Source: the human T2T-CHM13v2.0 reference genome, Homo sapiens. From it: 64,000 nt of DNA. Below are positions 15,296 through 27,830 of this stretch, one piece after another. The notes beneath the pieces are model-generated. The model had not been told where the DNA came from. It saw nothing but the letters and a program-made list of their open reading frames with translations, and made no database searches. A program made the position numbers and the translations under genes. Numbering within the stretch: position 1 is the first letter of the stretch; each line of letters starts with the position of its first letter. The stretch lies in assembly GCF_009914755.1 (NCBI RefSeq), contig NC_060933.1; one strand, written 5' to 3'.

Positions 15296-16164
15296 CATCA
15301 CTACTGTGGATTACAACTAAAGACACTACTTGAAGACTAAACTACTGAGTCTACCTAAAACCAAGACCAACACATGCCACCAAACTGACACCCCAAGACC
15401 CATTCATCTGAGTAAGTCGTTCCCTATGAAACCTCCTCTGCAAAATTGGAAGAGGTGACTTTTCTCTTAGATGTGTAGAAATCAGTGTAGCAATATGTCA
15501 ACCATGAAGAAGCAAGGAAGCATGTAACCTTCAAAGGAAAACAATAATTCTCCAGTAATAGACCTCAATCATAAGAAAATATATGAAATTCCAGAAAAAG
15601 AATTCAAAATAATAATCTTAAGGAAGCTCAGTGAGATACAAAACAATTCAGAATTCAGATAAACAATTCAATTAAATCAAGAAAATAATTCATGATTTGA
15701 ATGAGAAATTTAGCAAAGAGATAGATGTCATAAAAAAGAACCAAACAAAAATCCTAGAACTGAAGAATTTAGGGAATAAAAATAAAAAATACAATCAAGC
15801 ACCTCAACAATAGATTATACCAAGCAGAAGAATTTCTGAACTTGCAGACAGGTTTGAAATAACACAGAGAAAAATAAGTAAATAAATGAATAAAAAGAAT
15901 GAAGAAAGCCTATGAGATTTATGCAGCACTATTTAGCAAATAAATATTCATATTATGAGTATTCCAGAAGAAGAAGAGAAGAAATAAAGGTGAGAAAAAA
16001 CATATGTAATGAAATAATAGCAGAAAATTTCCCAAGGTTTGGAGAGAGATGGACATCCAGGTCTAGGGAGCTCAAAAAAACCCAAATAAATTCAACCCAA
16101 AGAGGTCATCTCTGGGACACATTATAGTCAAATTATCAAAAGTCAGAAAGAAACAAGGAATTTT

Positions 16165-16213
16165 GATCCAGTAAGGCCAGATTTTTTTTTAACAAAAAAA
16201 AAAAAAAAAGAAG
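16165..16213 (+). mobile_element. 49-bp poly(A)-tailed micro-insertion in L1 ORF1
   Basis: gatccagtaaggccaga-T9-aac-A16-gaag, flanked by AAGAAACAAGGAATTTT 16148-16164 and AAGAAACAAAGATTTTT 16214-16230. Confidence 0.7.
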
Positions 16214-19003
16214 AAGAAACAAAGATTTTTAAGAGCAGCAAGAGAAAAATTTCAGGTCACAAATAAAAGAATCCTCATTAAACTAACAGAGGACTTCTTA
16301 GCAGAAACCTTAAAGGCCAGGAGAAAATAGGATAATATATTCAAAGTACTGAAATAAATAAACTACCAGGCAAGAATATTATACTTAGGAAAATTATCCT
16401 TCAGAAATGAAGAACAAAATCTTTTGCAGACAAGCAAAAACTGAGAGAATTCATCATCACTGAAACAGCCTTATGGAAAATGCTCAAGGTAGTCTTACAT
16501 CTGGAAGTATAAACACCATCATGAAAACATGTAAAACTGTAAAATTCACTGGTAGAGTTGACACACAAAGGAGAAAGAGAATCTAACCTTATCACTACAG
16601 AAAAGACCCAATAACAAAAGCAAACAATAAGAGGAAGTAAGGAACAAGCGATTAATAAAATATCCAGAAAATAATCAATAAAATGACAGAAGTAAGTGCT
16701 CATCTATCAAATTTTGAATGAAAATTTGAAGATATAGATTGGCTGAGTGGATTAAAAAAAGAAGAACCAACTATAAGCTGTCTATAAGAACTTATCCCAC
16801 CTGTAAAGACACATATGCTGCAAATGAAGGAATAGAAAACGATATTCCATGCAGATGGACACCAAAAACAAGTAAGAGTAGCTGTCCTTATAGCAGATAA
16901 AACAGACCTCAAGTTAAAAGCTGGAAAGAGACAAATAAAGACATTATATGATAATACAGTGATAAATTCAACAAAAGAATATTTCAATTATAAATATGTA
17001 TACAACCAACACTGGATTGCCCAGGTATATAAAGCAAATATTATTAGATCTAAAGGGAGAGATAGACCTCAATACAATAATATTTGGGGACTTCAGCACC
17101 CCAACAGATCATCTAGACAGAAAATCAACAAGAAACACTGAACTGAAACTGCACCATAGACCAAATCAACCTAACAGACATTTACAGAACATTTCACCCA
17201 ATAGCTGAAAAATGCATATTCTTTTCATCAGCACACAAAACATTCTTCAGGATTGACCATATGTTAGGACACAAAACAGGTCTCAAAAAATTTTTCAAAA
17301 TCAAAACCATATGAAGTATCTTATCTGACCACAATGGAATAAAACTAGACATCAGTAACAAGAGAAACATTCAAAACTACACAAATATGTGGACATTAAA
17401 CAACAAGCTCCTGAGTGATCAATAAGTGGAAAAAGAAATTGAGAATAAAATTTAAAAATTCCTTGAAACAAATGAGAATAGAAACACCACATACCAAAAT
17501 CTATGGGGGCAAAGCAAAAGCATTATTAACAGGCAAGCTTTTAGCATTTAATGTCTATATCAAAAGCCTAGAAATATTTCAAATAAACAACCTAATGAAG
17601 CACCTTGACTAACTAGAAAAGCAGGAACAAAACAAACCTAAAGTTAGTAGAAGAAAAGAAATAATGAAGATTAAAGGAGCAGAAATAAAATTGAGACTAA
17701 AAATTGCAAAAGATCAATAAAACAATAAACTGTTTTTTAAAAAAGATAAAGTCAACAAACCATTAGCTAGACTAAGAAAAATTAAAGAAGGCCTAAAAAT
17801 CAGTAACAAAAAGGAGATGGCATACTGAATGGCAAAATGAATACTACAGAAATACAAAGAACCATTAGAGAGTACTATGAATGTACATACCAATCAATTT
17901 GAAAATCTAGAGAAAATGGATAAATTCCTGGACACATACAACCTACGAAAATTGAACTAAGAAGAAACAGGAAACCTGAACAGACCAATCACAATTAACA
18001 ACATTGAGTCAGTAATAAAAAGTCTTCCAACAAAGAAACATTCATGAATGGATGGCTTCACCACTGAATTCTACTGAAACTTTAAAAAAGGATCAGTACC
18101 AGTTCTCAAACTACTCCAAAAAATTGAAGCAGAGTGATTTTTTTTCCAAACTTATTCTATGAGGCCATCCTAACTTTATTATCAAAAGAAGACAATGACA
18201 CAACAACCAAAAAAAGGTCCAATATCCCTGATAAACATAGATACAAAAATCCTCAACAAAATAATAGCAAACCAAATCCAACAACATATCAGAATGATAA
18301 TAACCATGATCAGATGGGACTTATCCCAGGAATGCAAGGATAATTCAACATTTGCAAATCAATAAACATCATACATTACACCAATAGAATAAGGGACAAA
18401 ACCCATAATCATCTCAATAAATACAGAAAAAGCCTTTGATAATATTTAACATCACTTTATGATAAAAACTGATAATAAATTACATATAGAAGAAAAGTAC
18501 CTCAAAATAATAAAGTTCATATATGATAAATTCACAGCTAACATCATACTAAAAGGAGAAAAATTGAAAGCTTTTCCTCTAAGAGCTGGAAAAAGACATA
18601 TTGCCCACTCTCACCACTCTTGATCAACACAGTGCTGGAAGTCCTAATCAGAGCAATTAGGCAAGAAAAAGAAATAAAAGATATCCAAATTGAAAAGGAA
18701 AAAATCAAATTGTACCTGTCCACAAATAACATTGTCTTATATATAGAAAAATGGAAAGATTCTACCAAAAAACTCTTAGAAAAGATAAATGAATTCAGGA
18801 AAGTTGCAGGATACAAAACTAGCATACAAAAATCTGTAGCATTTCTATACATGAACCACACAATGGCTGAAAAAGAAATCAAGAAGGCAATTCCATTTAC
18901 AATAGCTATAGAAACAATAAAATACCTGGGAATAAATTTAACCAGGAAGGTGAAAGACCTCTATAAGAAAAACTACAAAACACTGATGAAAGAAGTTGAA
19001 GAG

Positions 19004-20888
19004 CATATAAAGAAAATACTCATAAACTGAATCCAGCAGCACATCAAAAAGCTAATCCATCTTGATCAAGTAAGCTTTATCTCTGGGATGCAAGGTTGGT
19101 TCAACAAATGTAAATCAATAAATGTGATTCATCACATAAATAGAACTAAAGACAAAAACCACATGATTATCTCGATGCAAAAAAGACTTTCGATAAAATT
19201 CAACATCTCTTCCTGTTAAAAACTCTTAATAAACTAGGTATTGAAGGAATATACCTCAAAATAAAAGCCATCTATGACAAACCCACATCCAACATTATGC
19301 TTACTGGGCAAAAGCTGGAAGCATTCCCCTTTAAAACTGACATAAGACAAGGATGCCCTCTCTTACCACTCCTATTCAACATAGTATTGGAAGTCCTGGC
19401 CAGAGCAACAGGCAGGAGAAAGAAATATAGGGCATCTGAAGAGAAAAAGAGGAAGTCAAACTATCCCTCTTTGCTGATGACATGATCCTATATCTAGAAA
19501 ACCTCATAGTCTCAGCTCAAACGATCCTTCAGCTGATAAACAACTTTAACAAAGTCTCAGGATACAAAATCGATACACAAAAATCACTAGCATTTCTGTA
19601 CACCAACAACAGCCAAGCCAAGAGCCAAATCAGGAATACAATCCCACTCACAACTGCCACAAAAAGAATAAAATACCTAGGAATACAGCTAGCCAGGGAA
19701 GTAAAAGATGTCTACAATGAAAATTACAAAACATTGTTCAAAGAAATCAGCAATGACACAAACAAACAGAACAACATTCCAAGCTCACGGATAGGAAGAA
19801 TCAGTATCATTAAAATGGTCATACTGCCTAAAGCAATTTACAGATTTAACGCTATTCCTATCAAACTATCAATGACATTCTTCACAGAACTAGAAAAAAC
19901 TATTTTAAAATTCATACAGAACTGAAAAAGAGCCTGAATAGTCAAGGCAATCCTAAACAAAAGAAGAAAGCTGGAGGCGTCACGTTACCTGACTTCAAAC
20001 TATTAATATACTGCAGGGCTACGGTAACCAAAACACCATGGTACTGGTACAAAAACAGATGCCTAGACCAATGGAACAGAATGGGGAGCCCAGAAATAAG
20101 TTCAATATTACCGATTTTTAGAGAAATGCAAATGAAAACCACAATGAGATACTATCTCACATCAGTCAGAATGGCTGCTATTAAAAAGTCAAGAAATAAC
20201 AGATGCTGACAAGTTTGCAGAGAATAATGAATGTGCATACACTGTTGGTGGGAGTCTAAATTAGTTCAACCATAGTGAAAAGTAGTGTGGTGATACTTCA
20301 AAGAGCTAAAAACAGAACTACCATTCTACCCAACAATCTCACTCCTGGGTATATCACCAATGGAATATACATTATTGTACCATAAAGACACATGAAAACA
20401 TATGTTCATTGCAGCACTACTCAAAATAGCAAAGACATGGAATCAACCTAAATGTCCATCAACAGCAGATTGGATAAAGAGAATGTGGTACATATATGCC
20501 ATGGAATACTATGCAGCCATAAAAAGAATGAGATCATGTCCTTTGTAGGAACGTGGATAGAGCTAGAGACTATTTCCTTAGCAAACTAATTTAGGAACAA
20601 AAAATCAAATACACGTGTTTTCATTTAAAGTGGGAGATAAATGATGAGAACACATGGACATAAAAAGGGGAACAACAGACATTGGGACCTACTTGAAGGT
20701 AGAGGGTGGGAAGAGGAAGGGTATCAGAAAAAACTAACTATCCAGTACTAGGCTTAGTACCTGGGTGATGAAATAATCTGTACAACAAACCCCTGTGATA
20801 TAAATTTACCTGTACAACAAACCCGCACTTGTACTCCTGAACCTAAAATAAAAGCTTGAAAATATAAAATAAATAAATAAATAATATA
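19004..20888 (+). mobile_element. 5'-truncated L1PA13-16-like element nested in L1MA ORF2, with internal deletion
   Basis: Own 3' UTR and (TAAA)n tail; TSD AAAGAAGTTGAAGAG 18989-19003 vs AAAGAAATTGAAGAG 20889-20903. Confidence 0.92.
19297..19925 (+). pseudogene. L1 ORF2 reverse-transcriptase fragment (frameshifted)
   Basis: [21 protein letters not shown]; MILYLEN...KVSGYKI; IKYLGIQL; [14 protein letters not shown]. Confidence 0.93.
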
Positions 20889-22432
20889 AAAGAAATTGAA
20901 GAGGACAAAAGCAAGTAGAAGGACATCTCTTGCTCATGAATCAGAAGAATTAATGTTAAAATGACCATACTACTCAAAGCAATCTACAGATTCAATGCAA
21001 TCCCTATCCAAATACCAATGACATCTTTCACGGCAATAGAAAAATATAATTCTAAAATTTGTGTGGAACCACAGCACCTTGAATAGCCAAAGCAGTCCTG
21101 AGCAAAAAGAACAAAGCCGGAGGTATCACACTTCCATACCTCAAAATATACGATAAAGCTGTAGTAATCAAAACAGCATAGTACTAGACTAAAAACAGAC
21201 ACATAGAATAATAGAATAGAACAGAGAGCCCAGAGATAAATTTATGCACCTCCAGCCAACTGGTTTTTGATAAGACCACCAAGAACACACATTGTAGAAA
21301 GGACAGTCTCTTCAATAAATGGTGCTGGGAAAACTGGATGTCTATGTGCAGAATAATAAAACTAGAACACCAGCTCTCACCCTATACAAAAATCAACTTA
21401 AGATGTATCAGAGACCTGAAACAATAAAACTACTAAAAGAAAACATAGGGAAAACGCTTTAGGACACTAGTCTGGGGAAATATTTTATGATTAATGCCTC
21501 AAAAACTCAGGCAACAAAGGCAAAATAAACCAATGGGATTATATCAAACTAAAACCTCTGCACAGCAAGAAAACAATCAACAATCAACAAAGACAATCTA
21601 CAGAATGGGAGAAAATATTTGCAGACTATTCATTTGACAGGGTATTGATGCCCAGAATATATAAGGAACTCAAACAGAACTCAACAGAAAAAAAATCCCA
21701 AACAATACACTTAAAAAATGGACAAACGATCTGAATAAACATTTCTCAAAAGACATACAAATGGCCAACAAGTATATTAAAAATGCTCAACATCACTAAT
21801 CATCAGGAAAGTGCAATCAAAACTACTACGAAAGAACATCTCACCCCAGTGATGTTTAGTATCAAAAAGACAAAAAATAACAAATGCTGCCCAGGGTGCG
21901 GAGAAATGCAAAGGCTTATACACTGTTGATGGAAATGCTAACTAATACAATTACTGTGGAGAATATGGAGAACAGTATGGGAGTGTCTCGAAAAACTACA
22001 AGTAATTCTACCATATAATCTAGTAATCTCACCACTTAGAATTTATCCAAAGGAAAGAAAATCATAATATTGAAGAGATATCTGCCCTCCCATGTTTATT
22101 GCAGCAGCAGCACTACTCACAATAGCCAAGTTATGGAAGCAACCTAGATGTCTAACAAGAGAAAAATGGATAAAGAAAATGTGATATATACACAATAAAA
22201 TACTATTCAGTCATAAAAAATGAGTGAAATCCTGCCATTTGCATCAACATGGATGGAGCTAGAGGACATCATATTAGTGGAATAAGTCAGGAACAGAAAG
22301 ATAAACACTGAATATTCTCACTCCTATGTGGAAGCTAAAATAAGTTGATCCCAGAAGTAAAAAGTAAAGAAGAGGATACTAGAGGCTGGGAAGGGTAAGG
22401 AGAAGGGAGGGATAGGGAGAGATCTGTTAAAG

Positions 22433-22764
22433 CAGGGCTTCCCAACCTTTTTGGCACCAGGTACTGGTTTTGGGGACAACAGTTTTCCACAGATGGTGGG
22501 TGGGGGATGGTTTCAGGATGAAACTGTTCCACCTCAGATCATCAGGCATTAGATTCTCATAAGGCACACACAACCAAGATCCCTTGCATGCGCAGTTCAT
22601 AATAGGGGTTGGCTTCTATGGGAATCTAATACCACCACTGATCTGACAGGGTGGAGGTCTGTTGGTAATGCTTGCTCACCCACTGCTCACCTCCTGTGTG
22701 AAGCCCGGTTCCTAACAGGCCACGGATTGGTACCAGTCAGTGGCCCAGGGGGTGGGGACCCCTA
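22433..22764 (+). mobile_element. MER1B-like hAT-Charlie MITE in the L1MA 3' UTR
   Basis: TIRs cagggcttcccaacc...ggtggggaccccta; internal ggatgaaactgttccacctcagatcatcaggcattagattctcataagg; paralogous to 61674-62015. Confidence 0.92.
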
Positions 22765-23067
22765 TTTAAGGACAGAAAATGACAACTAGATAAAAAGAAC
22801 GCATTCTACGCCACTGTAGGATGACTATAGTCAACATAATATATGTTTTCAAACAGCTAGGACGATAGGAGGATATTGCATATTTCCAGCAGAAATAAAT
22901 GATAAATGTTTGAGACGATGGATACGCTAATTGTCCTGATCTGATTACCATACATTATATGTATCAAAATGTCATTATGTACCCCATGAATACGTATGAC
23001 TACTGTCAATTAAAACAAATAAACAAACAAACAAAAAAACAGACGAACAAAAACCCTTTGGAAACAA

Positions 23068-23390
23068 ACCTGGAATGATCTATTAAAGTTGAAGATAACA
23101 TATATCCTATGACCCAGCAAGTCTATTCTTACATATATACCCAACAGAAACCCATGTAAATGTGCAACAGGACACTTGGACAAGTAATCTATTATAATTC
23201 TTTCTTATACAGTAAAAAAAAGAGGCAAATCTAAACTATACTGTTTAACAACATGTAGGAGAAAAAGAAAATAAGGACCACAAAAGGCAGGATAGTGGTT
23301 ACTGATGGAGAAGAGAGATGAGGCTATCAGCAGGAAAGGCATAGGGCAGACTTCCAGGATGCTGCCAATGTTCCTTTTTCTCATCTAGGT
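23068..23390 (+). mobile_element. 3' continuation of the old L1M
   Basis: cctatgacccagcaagtctattcttacatatatacccaacagaaa follows the sequence interrupted at 13831. Confidence 0.8.
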
Positions 23391-23399
23391 TGGGGCCAG

Positions 23400-23450
23400 C
23401 ATATCAGTCAGGGTTCTCCAGATAAATGGAAATAATAGAATATCTATCTA

Positions 23451-23508
<58 letters not shown>

Positions 23509-23961
23509 ATCTATCTAACTAGACATGGAGAGAGATTTATTATGAGGGAATGGCTCACACATTTATGGAGCCTGAGAAGTTCCACAATATGCTGTCTGCA
23601 AGCTGGAAACCTAGGAAAGCCAGTGATGCAATTTCAGTTTTAATCAGAAGGCCTAAGAAGCAAAGAAACTAATGATGTAAGCATCAGTTCAAGGATAAGT
23701 GAAGATGGATGTCCCATCTCAAGCAGGCAGGCAGGAAGAAAAAGGAACAAATTCCTCCTTCCTCTGCCTTTTCTGTTCTATTCAGGCTCTCAGGAGATTG
23801 GATGATGGCCACTCCCATTGGAGAGACCATCTACTCCTCTGAGTCCACTGATTCAAATGCCAATCTCATCTGGAAGCTCCCTCACAGATACACCCAGAAA
23901 CAATGTTTAATCTGGACACCCTGTGGCACACTGAAGTTGACACATAAAATTAACCAGCACA
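23400..23961 (-). mobile_element. MLT2B-like ERVL solo LTR inserted in the left end of MER58A
   Basis: atcagtcagggttctccaga...aagttgacacataaaattaaccagcaca; 5-bp TSD gccag 23395-23399 / gtcag 23962-23966. Confidence 0.88.
23443..23517. repeat. Compound tetranucleotide STR [TCTA]2[TCTG]3[TCTA]11 TCA [TCTA]2
   Basis: Counted directly. Confidence 0.97.
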
Positions 23962-24178
23962 GTCAGCAAATTTCTTCTGAAAAGGGTGAGGCGGTAGTTA
24001 TTTTAGGCTTTATAGGCCATATGGTTTCTGTCACAACTACTCAACTCTGCCATAATAGCCTGAAAGTAGACATAGACATTATGCAAAAGTATTGGCACGG
24101 GTGTATTCTAATAAAATTCACTCACAAAAAATGGCGGTGGGGTGCATTCAGCCCATGGGCCATATTTGTCAACCCCTG
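23962..24178 (+). mobile_element. MER58A-like hAT MITE
   Basis: attttaggctttataggccatatggtttctgtcacaactactcaactctgcc...gggccatatttgtcaacccctg. Confidence 0.88.
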
Positions 24179-24885
24179 TTAAAGGTAATGTGGGTGTGCT
24201 GTATGCAATTTGTATATGTCATATGTCACAAAAAGAAATGAAGGACTCAGATCTAAGAAAGAAATTTAGCCCAAGTGCTACGTTTGAGGGTTGTAAAGTC
24301 AGAAAGCCAGAGTGTGACTTGTGCCTTATCTACTCACAAAGTACTGGGCCTTGGGCATAATGTACACCTGTGAACTAGAGTCATGGTAGCACCCATCTGT
24401 TTTGAGGATTAACTGATGGATAAGGTTAGGTGTTTAGTAAAACTCCTAGCACATATTAGCTCAAGATTTTTTTTTCCTCTCAGATAAGAGGGTCATTAAA
24501 GTATGTTCAACCATACTTACCAAGACTTTAAGGACGTACTAGTTTCTTGCTGTAGGCAAAAATTAGCTCTTACAGAAGAAATTTATGGAAGAATAGAAAA
24601 TATACATAATCCCTTCTATACATAATGTGGAAAAAATCACAAGTAAACATAGTATGCTGCCTACTATTTCTTGGAAAGCATTTTTTCCTTAGCATACTTT
24701 GGGTGCTAAGCAAAGGACTTGTAAAAAAATATTAAAATGTATTCCATATGTAAATTATAAGAGGAGAAAATAGTGTGAAGGGAAAAGTTCACTCCTGATT
24801 CTCAAACCAGAATGACTATGCTTTATTCCTCAGGGAAGTCTTATTGAAGGGGTAAAACCTGACCATTTACAAAAGGGTAGGCTTT

Positions 24886-25356
24886 CATAGTAGGCAGAAT
24901 AATGGTCCCTGGGGTTTCCACATCCTAATTCCCTGAAGCTGTGAATATGTTACCTTACGTGGTAAAAGCTGTAATTAAGCTAAGGATCTTGAAACGGGGA
25001 GAATAGTGTGGATTACCCAGGTGTTTTCAATGTAATCATAAAGCTCTTTATAGGTGAAAGAGTGACGCAGAATGGTTGGAGCCAGAGAGAAATTTGAAGA
25101 CGCTATGCTGCTGGCTTTAAAGATGGAGAAAGGGGCTCCAAGCCAAGGAACATAAGGCCTTTAGAAGCTGGAAAAGGCCAGAAATGGATTCTCTCCTACA
25201 GCCTGCATAAGAAACACAGTCCTGCAGTTATCTTAACATTAGCCCGGTAAAAATCATTTCAGACTTCTGACCTTCAGAGCTCTACCATAAACATGTGTTG
25301 TTTTAAGCCACTAAGTTTATGATAATTTCTTAGAGCAGCAATGAGAAACTAATAGA
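24886..25356 (+). mobile_element. MLT1D-like MaLR solo LTR
   Basis: taggcagaataatggtcc...gtgaatatgttaccttac...ttttaagccactaagttt...gcagcaatgagaaactaata. Confidence 0.9.
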
Positions 25357-25552
25357 ACTATATAATGGATAGTGTGTTCAGTTGGGCTAAACGTAGCTCC
25401 TTAAACTGCCCTGCCATTTTATTGTGCATTTTTATAATTTATTCAAAAAGTGCTTATTAATGACCTCCTGAGTAACAGGCACTAGAGTTATAAAGATGAA
25501 TAAACTTAGCCCCAGTCCCCAAAGAGCCTACAATATAGCAGAGTTGGAAAAC

Positions 25553-25997
25553 TGTCTAGAGTTTCTGTACATCTTGTGAGCAGAGGTACTGGTTGCCTTT
25601 GTTCAAGACTATCATTTCAAGGATTTCTGTCTGTATAATGAACAACTTTGAATTGTAAAGATAGTATCTCCCTCCAGAGCAAAGGGCAGACATGCTTACA
25701 GTTCAATGGGAAAGCTTCAGGATCCCTAAGCTCAAGGTTCCTGTCTTGACAGGCAACCTTGACAAGACTTGTGTGAATATATCATCTTGTCCTCTTTGTG
25801 TCACCCTGTGGAAACTGGGATTGGAAAATCATCTCAAGAGATTGCTGACACCCTGGCTGCTGCTATTGCTGCGTAACAAACTTCCTATTTTTCTCTAATC
25901 CAGCTATTTCATGTCTTCTTTTAGCATCCATGATCTGTAGTAGGTTAACTTGTTAGTTTGCAAATGGAAAAATCTCACAACCTTCACAGTTCTTAAC
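25553..25997 (+). mobile_element. ERV1-class solo LTR (MER89/MER90-like)
   Basis: tacatcttgtgagcagagg...gatagtatctccctccagagcaaagggcag...ccctaagctcaaggttcct; ends ttcacagttcttaaca. Confidence 0.6.
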
Positions 25998-26272
25998 AAA
26001 TAGTAAACAAAGCAATGCACACATCTTTATGAACATCATGGGTCAGGGTCTCCTAAACATGTTTATAATAGAAATGGAAAAGAAACAGGTACTATGTGTA
26101 TTAGGTACTTTATACATATTCTTATTAAGTTTTCATACTACTCTGTAAGATTTAACAGCCACCTAGATATCCTGTTTACTTATGATTCAGATAAGAATGG
26201 CCCACCACACTCCAATTATCTCCCCCATTACATGTCCTTAAGAAAATCCAGGGCACCCAGAAGATTCCAGAG

Positions 26273-26892
26273 CAGTGGTTTTTTAAGGGAAGTAATTTAC
26301 CCCCGATATGGTTTGGATGTTTGTCCCCTCCAAATCTCATGTAATGCGATCCCCCATGTTGGAGGAGGGGCTTGGTGGGAGGTGTCTGGATCATGGCAGC
26401 TGATCCCTCACGAATGGCTTAGCCATCCCCTTGGTGATGAGTGAATTCCTGCTTTAGTAGTTCATATGAGATCTGGTTGTCTAAAAGAGTGTGGCATCTC
26501 CTCCCTCCCTCTCTTGCTTCTGCTCTAGCCATGTGATATGCTGACTCCCCCTTTGCCTTCCACCATGATTGTAAGCTACCTGAGGCCCTCACCAGGGACA
26601 AATGCTGGTGCCATGCTTCCTGTACAGCCTGCAGAACCATAAGCCAATTAAACCTCTTTTCTTTATAAATTACCCCATCTCAGGTATTCCTTTATAGTGA
26701 CACAAAAAAGACAACTACACTCTCCATTTGGCAATGACTGAAGATGTTTTTGATAGTCACAACTTAAGGTAGGGGTATTAGAGGTATCTAGGGTGTCAGG
26801 AATACTGCTAAACATCCTACAATAACTATGACAGCCCCCATAAATACTCATCTAGTCTGAAATGCCAGTAATGCTGAGGTTGAGAAACTCTG
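26273..26892 (+). mobile_element. MER20 hAT MITE split by an MST LTR
   Basis: cagtggtttt...catttggcaatgactgaaga...tgctaaacatcctacaat...aatgctgaggttgagaaactctg. Confidence 0.85.
26304..26719 (+). mobile_element. MSTA/MSTB MaLR solo LTR
   Basis: gatatggtttggatgtttgtcccctccaaatctcatg...aagccaattaaacctcttttctttataaattaccc. Confidence 0.93.
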
Positions 26893-27396
26893 CCCTGGAG
26901 TAATATCATCTCTGACTCTCATTTCTGCCTCCATTGATATCTTTTGCCTGGTTTTTTATCCACTAATGTATTTATCTCATCTTGGCATGTATCCAAATTT
27001 TCATCTCTCCCTCCCTAAAATAAGGTCATTACCAATGTAAGCCTATTGCATGGAGGAGAAATTTTACTAAAGATTTGTAGGTATGAGGTAGGAGGTTACA
27101 AAATTATATCAAGAGCAAATAAATTGAAGAGCATATTAGACAGCCCTGCTGTTAATGTCCTATTAGTCCCTGCACCTCTGGACTCGGGCTTTCTCACTGC
27201 CCATGATAACGGTTGCCCATGTCAACTCATGCAACGCCTTAGGCTTTCACCATCTTACTGGTTCCAGTCTTCATATATCCCCTTCCTAGATTGTACCTAG
27301 GAACTCCAGGTTCCTCTCACTCTATTATGCAGCAACTATTCAATTCTCTCAATTCTCTGCATCTAAACTCAGCTTGAAGCCTTTCTTTAGGCTGTC

Positions 27397-27550
27397 CAGT
27401 GGTTTTCAAATTTGAGCATGCATCAGTCATACACAGCTTGCGGGCAGGGGCAGATTTGATTCTGTAGGTGTGGTTGAGAATTTGCATATCTTAAAAATTT
27501 CCAGGTAGTGTTAATTCCTCTGGTCTGGGACAACACTTTTAGAACCACCA
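27397..27550. mobile_element. MER5A-like hAT MITE
   Basis: cagtggttttcaaatttgagcatgcatcag...gaatttgcatatctt...cacttttagaaccac. Confidence 0.8.
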
Positions 27551-27734
27551 TGAAACAAACAAACAAAAAACAAACAACAACTAAACAAAATACACAAACC
27601 CATCCAAACAACAGAGCCATTATTTCTGTAGCAGGATAAAAAAACCCTACAGAAAACTTGACATGAATGCCTTTCTCTTACCTCGATCCATGCACTTCAG
27701 AAGACAGTAGTAATTCTGTATAGCGTTTGCCACC

Positions 27735-27830
27735 CTTCTCAGTTACACACAGAAGAGGGATTGGGGGCTCAGAGAGGTTAAGTAACTAGGAAACTATGAC
27801 CCAGAGCCCAGGTCTGTTGGATTCTGAAAC
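27735..27830 (-). mobile_element. MIR fragment
   Basis: ggctcagagaggttaagtaact...agagcccaggtctgttggattc. Confidence 0.6.

Larger units (their letters stand above)
13832..23049 (+). mobile_element. Full-length L1MA-class element (L1MA3-like 3' end) with 5' UTR, decayed ORF1 and ORF2
   Basis: GC-rich 5' UTR ~13832-15500, ORF1 remnants ~15500-16510, ORF2 from ~16683, 3' UTR and (AAAC)n tail; TSD AAAACCTTCTGGAGACAA 13814-13831 vs AAAACCCTTTGGAAACAA 23050-23067 (15/18). Confidence 0.92.

Noticed and set aside
23709-24182. 157-aa ORF
   Set aside because: Runs across the MLT2B and MER58A repeats; chance open frame
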